From Nemertoderma westbladi (lineage: Eukaryota; Animalia; Xenacoelomorpha): a stretch of 64,000 nt of DNA. Under the pieces are notes generated by a model. The model ran no database searches. It was given only the letters and a program-made list of their open reading frames with translations, and had not been told where the DNA came from. The position numbers and the translations under genes are program-made. This document shows, piece after piece, positions 61,201 to 64,000 of this stretch; position 1 is the first letter of the stretch, and each line of letters opens with the position of its first letter. The stretch covers positions 6,842-70,841 of the forward strand of contig JAUCBJ010001640.1 in NCBI GenBank assembly GCA_032718475.1. The letters run 5' to 3'.

Positions 61201-63074
61201 TATATGAGTGAGTGTAGCGGTAATAATATGACGGGGAACGGTAAATATATGAGTGAGTGTAGCGGTAATAATATGGCGGGGAACGGTAAGTTTATGGGGA
61301 ACGGTAAATATGAGTGAGTGTAGCGGTAATAATATGGCGGGGAACGGTAAGTTTATGGGGAACGGTAAGTTTATAGGGAACGGTAAATATATGAGTGAGT
61401 GTAGCGGTAATAATATGGCGGGGAACGGTAAGTTTTTGGGGAACGGTAAATATATGAGTGAGTGTAGCGGTAATAATATGGCGGGGAACGGTAAGTTTAT
61501 GGGGAACGGTAAATATGAGTGAGTGTAGCGGTAATAATATGGCGGGGAACGGTAAGTTTATGGGGAACGGTAAATATATGAGTGAGTGTAGCGGTAATAA
61601 TATGGCGGGGAACGGTAAGTTTATGGGGAACGGTAAGTTTATGGGGAACGGTAAATATGAGTGAGTGTAGCGGTAATAATATGGCGGGGAACGGTAAGTT
61701 TATGGGGAACGGTAAGTTTATAGGGAACGGTAAATATATGAGTGAGTGTAGCGGTAATAATATGGCGGGGAACGGTAAGTTTTTGGGGAACGGTAAATAT
61801 ATGAGTGAGTGTAGCGGTAATAATATGGCGGGGAACGGTAAGTTTATGGGGAACGGTAAATATGAGTGAGTGTAGCGGTAATAATATGGCGGGGAACGGT
61901 AAGTTTATGGGGAACGGTAAGTTTATGGAGAACGGTAAATATGAGTGAGTGTAGCGGTAATAATATGGCGGGGAACGGTAAGTTTATGGGGAACGGTAAG
62001 TTTATGGAGAACGGTAAATATATGAGTGAGTGTAGCGGTAATAATATGACGGGGAACGGTAAGTTTATGGGGAACGGTAAATATATGAGTGAGTGTAGCG
62101 GTAATATTATGGCGGGGAACGGTAAGTTTATGGGGAACGGTAAGTTTATAGGGAACGGTAAATATATGAGTGAGTGTAGCGGTAATAATATGGCGGGGAA
62201 CGGTAAGTTTTTGGGGAACGGTAAATATATGAGTGAGTGTAGCGGTAATAATATGGCGGGGAACGGTAAGTTTATGGGGAACGGTAAATATGAGTGAGTG
62301 TAGCGGTAATAATATGGCGGGGAACGGTAAGTTTATGGGGAACGGTAAGTTTATGGAGAACGGTAAATATATGAGTGAGTGTAGCGGTAATAATATAACG
62401 GGGAACGGTAAGTTTATGGGGAACGGTAAATATATGAGTGAGTGTAGCGGTAATAATATGGCGGGGAACGGTAAGTTTATGGGGAACGGTAAGTTTATAG
62501 GGAACGGTAAATATATGAGTGAGTGTAGCGGTAATAATATGGCGCGGAACGGTAAGTTTTTGGGGAACGGTAAATATATGAGTGAGTGTAGCGGTAATAA
62601 TATGGCGGGGAACGGTAAGTTCATGGGGAACGGTAAGTTTATGGGGAACGGTAAATATGAGTGAGTGTGTAGCGGTAATAATATGGCGGGGAACGGTAAG
62701 TTTATGGGGAACGGTAAGTTTATGGAGAACGGTAAATATATGAGTGAGTGTAGCGGTAATAATATAACGGGGAACGGTAAGTTTATGGGGAACGGTAAAT
62801 ATATGAGTGAGTGTAGCGGTAATAATATGGCGGGGAACGGTAAGTTTATGGGGAACGGTAAGTTTATAGGGAACGGTAAATATATGAGTGAGTGTAGCGG
62901 TAATAATATGGCGGGGAACGGTAAGTTTTTGGGGAACGGTAAATATATGAGTGAGTGTAGCGGTAATAATATGGCGGGGAACGGTAAGTTTATGGGGAAC
63001 GGTAAGTTTATAGGGAACGGTAAATATATGAGCGAGTGTAGCGGTAATAATATGGCGAGGAACGGTAAGTTTAT
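58234..63074. repeat. 4.8-kb composite satellite (18-bp ATGGGGAACGGTAAGTTT modules within 63/81-bp units)
   Basis: Direct inspection; variable module number and 2-bp indels. Confidence 0.95.
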
Positions 63075-63938
63075 CAAAAACCCGTCTACCTAGTCTACAA
63101 GAAAAATTTATAAAATTACCCCTCCCGGGACAAATAAGGTTAAGTATTTGGTAGCCAAAAACTTGCACAACATCACCTATTATTTTTACCTATATAATCA
63201 AATAAAAATTTTTTGACCTATTCAAATATTTCATATATTGGATATCAAGAGTTTTTAATATGAAACCAGACAGACAAAGAGAGATACTGAGTTTTTGTTT
63301 TATTCTATATAGTCAGGCAGATAAATGCCGTTTTTTTCACTTAACCGTGCATGGGAGGATATTTTTGGTGATTTTAGCAGGTAATATAATAGTCATCAAT
63401 AGTCGCACTGGAGTCCAGCTGCGATTGCTTCAGCATCATTGAGGATTTTGTGTAATTGGCAATTTAAATAGAAATTGTCCCCGGGAACAATTCATCCGAT
63501 TACTTCAATATCTTTTAGTAATAAATTTACTGTTGCAAATGAACAAATGGTACAACAACATGTTTCCATCATATCACCGGAATCCCAATCTTATGTCACT
63601 CTTCTAGGACAATTTTAATTTCAGTCACACCGCACATATTATTGCTGGAGACAATTATGTAAAGTTTGTTATTGAATGTGTATCGCTGGAAGTTGAATTT
63701 AATACACCCATTGCTATATGACAATGGTTTATAAATATACTAACAACTCCCTAGAAGAATTTAATATTGATGTGGATGCAACTTGGCGTTGTAGATGTAA
63801 TGGCTGTGACAAAATTCAAAATTATTCCTCAGCTCTCCTCTAGCCTCAGTATTCCATCTGCAATTGCTTTTACAGCATTCCCTTTCCCCCACACCCTAAT
63901 AATATGCGATGCCAAATCAATTCGCCAATCAAAATTAC

Positions 63939-64000
63939 AGGTAGGGGGGGGGGGGGGGGGGACTGGATGCAATAAAAATTCATCCATCTCCAGGGGAAAT
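63939..64000. mobile_element. MITE family A, left end (runs off the window)
   Basis: (G)n ACTGGATGCAATAAAAATTCATCCATCTCCAGGGGAAAT matches 3036-3078. Confidence 0.8.

Noticed and set aside
58165-63168. GNGKFM repeat protein (MORN-like look)
   Set aside because: Frequent 2-bp frameshifting indels and no non-repetitive domain; consistent with a non-coding satellite.

Overview
Repeat-dominated window from an invertebrate animal genome (inferred from the transposon families and the Cys-loop channel); nothing prokaryotic and no CRISPR. One convincing host gene: an intronless 426-aa Cys-loop anion-channel subunit of GABA-A/glycine-receptor type (37408-38688, minus). The mobile DNA includes an apparently intact hATm-like transposon (15782-19663), a full-length, slightly decayed BEL/Pao LTR element with AACGT target duplication (26366-35187), and a decayed LTR element carrying a zinc-finger ORF. 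There are also RTE, L2/CR1, CRE and Penelope fragments, two tRNA-derived SINEs, several MITE families and six tandem arrays. Most other long ORFs in the track are artefacts of those arrays. I see no clearly new multi-gene system. The most interesting signals are (i) two internally controlled TA->TACTGTA excision footprints with many similar motifs across the window, (ii) three satellites traceable to nearby TE or seed sequences, (iii) the intronless divergent chloride channel, and (iv) the zinc-finger accessory ORF in the LTR remnant. Family names come from motif recognition by eye, not database searches.
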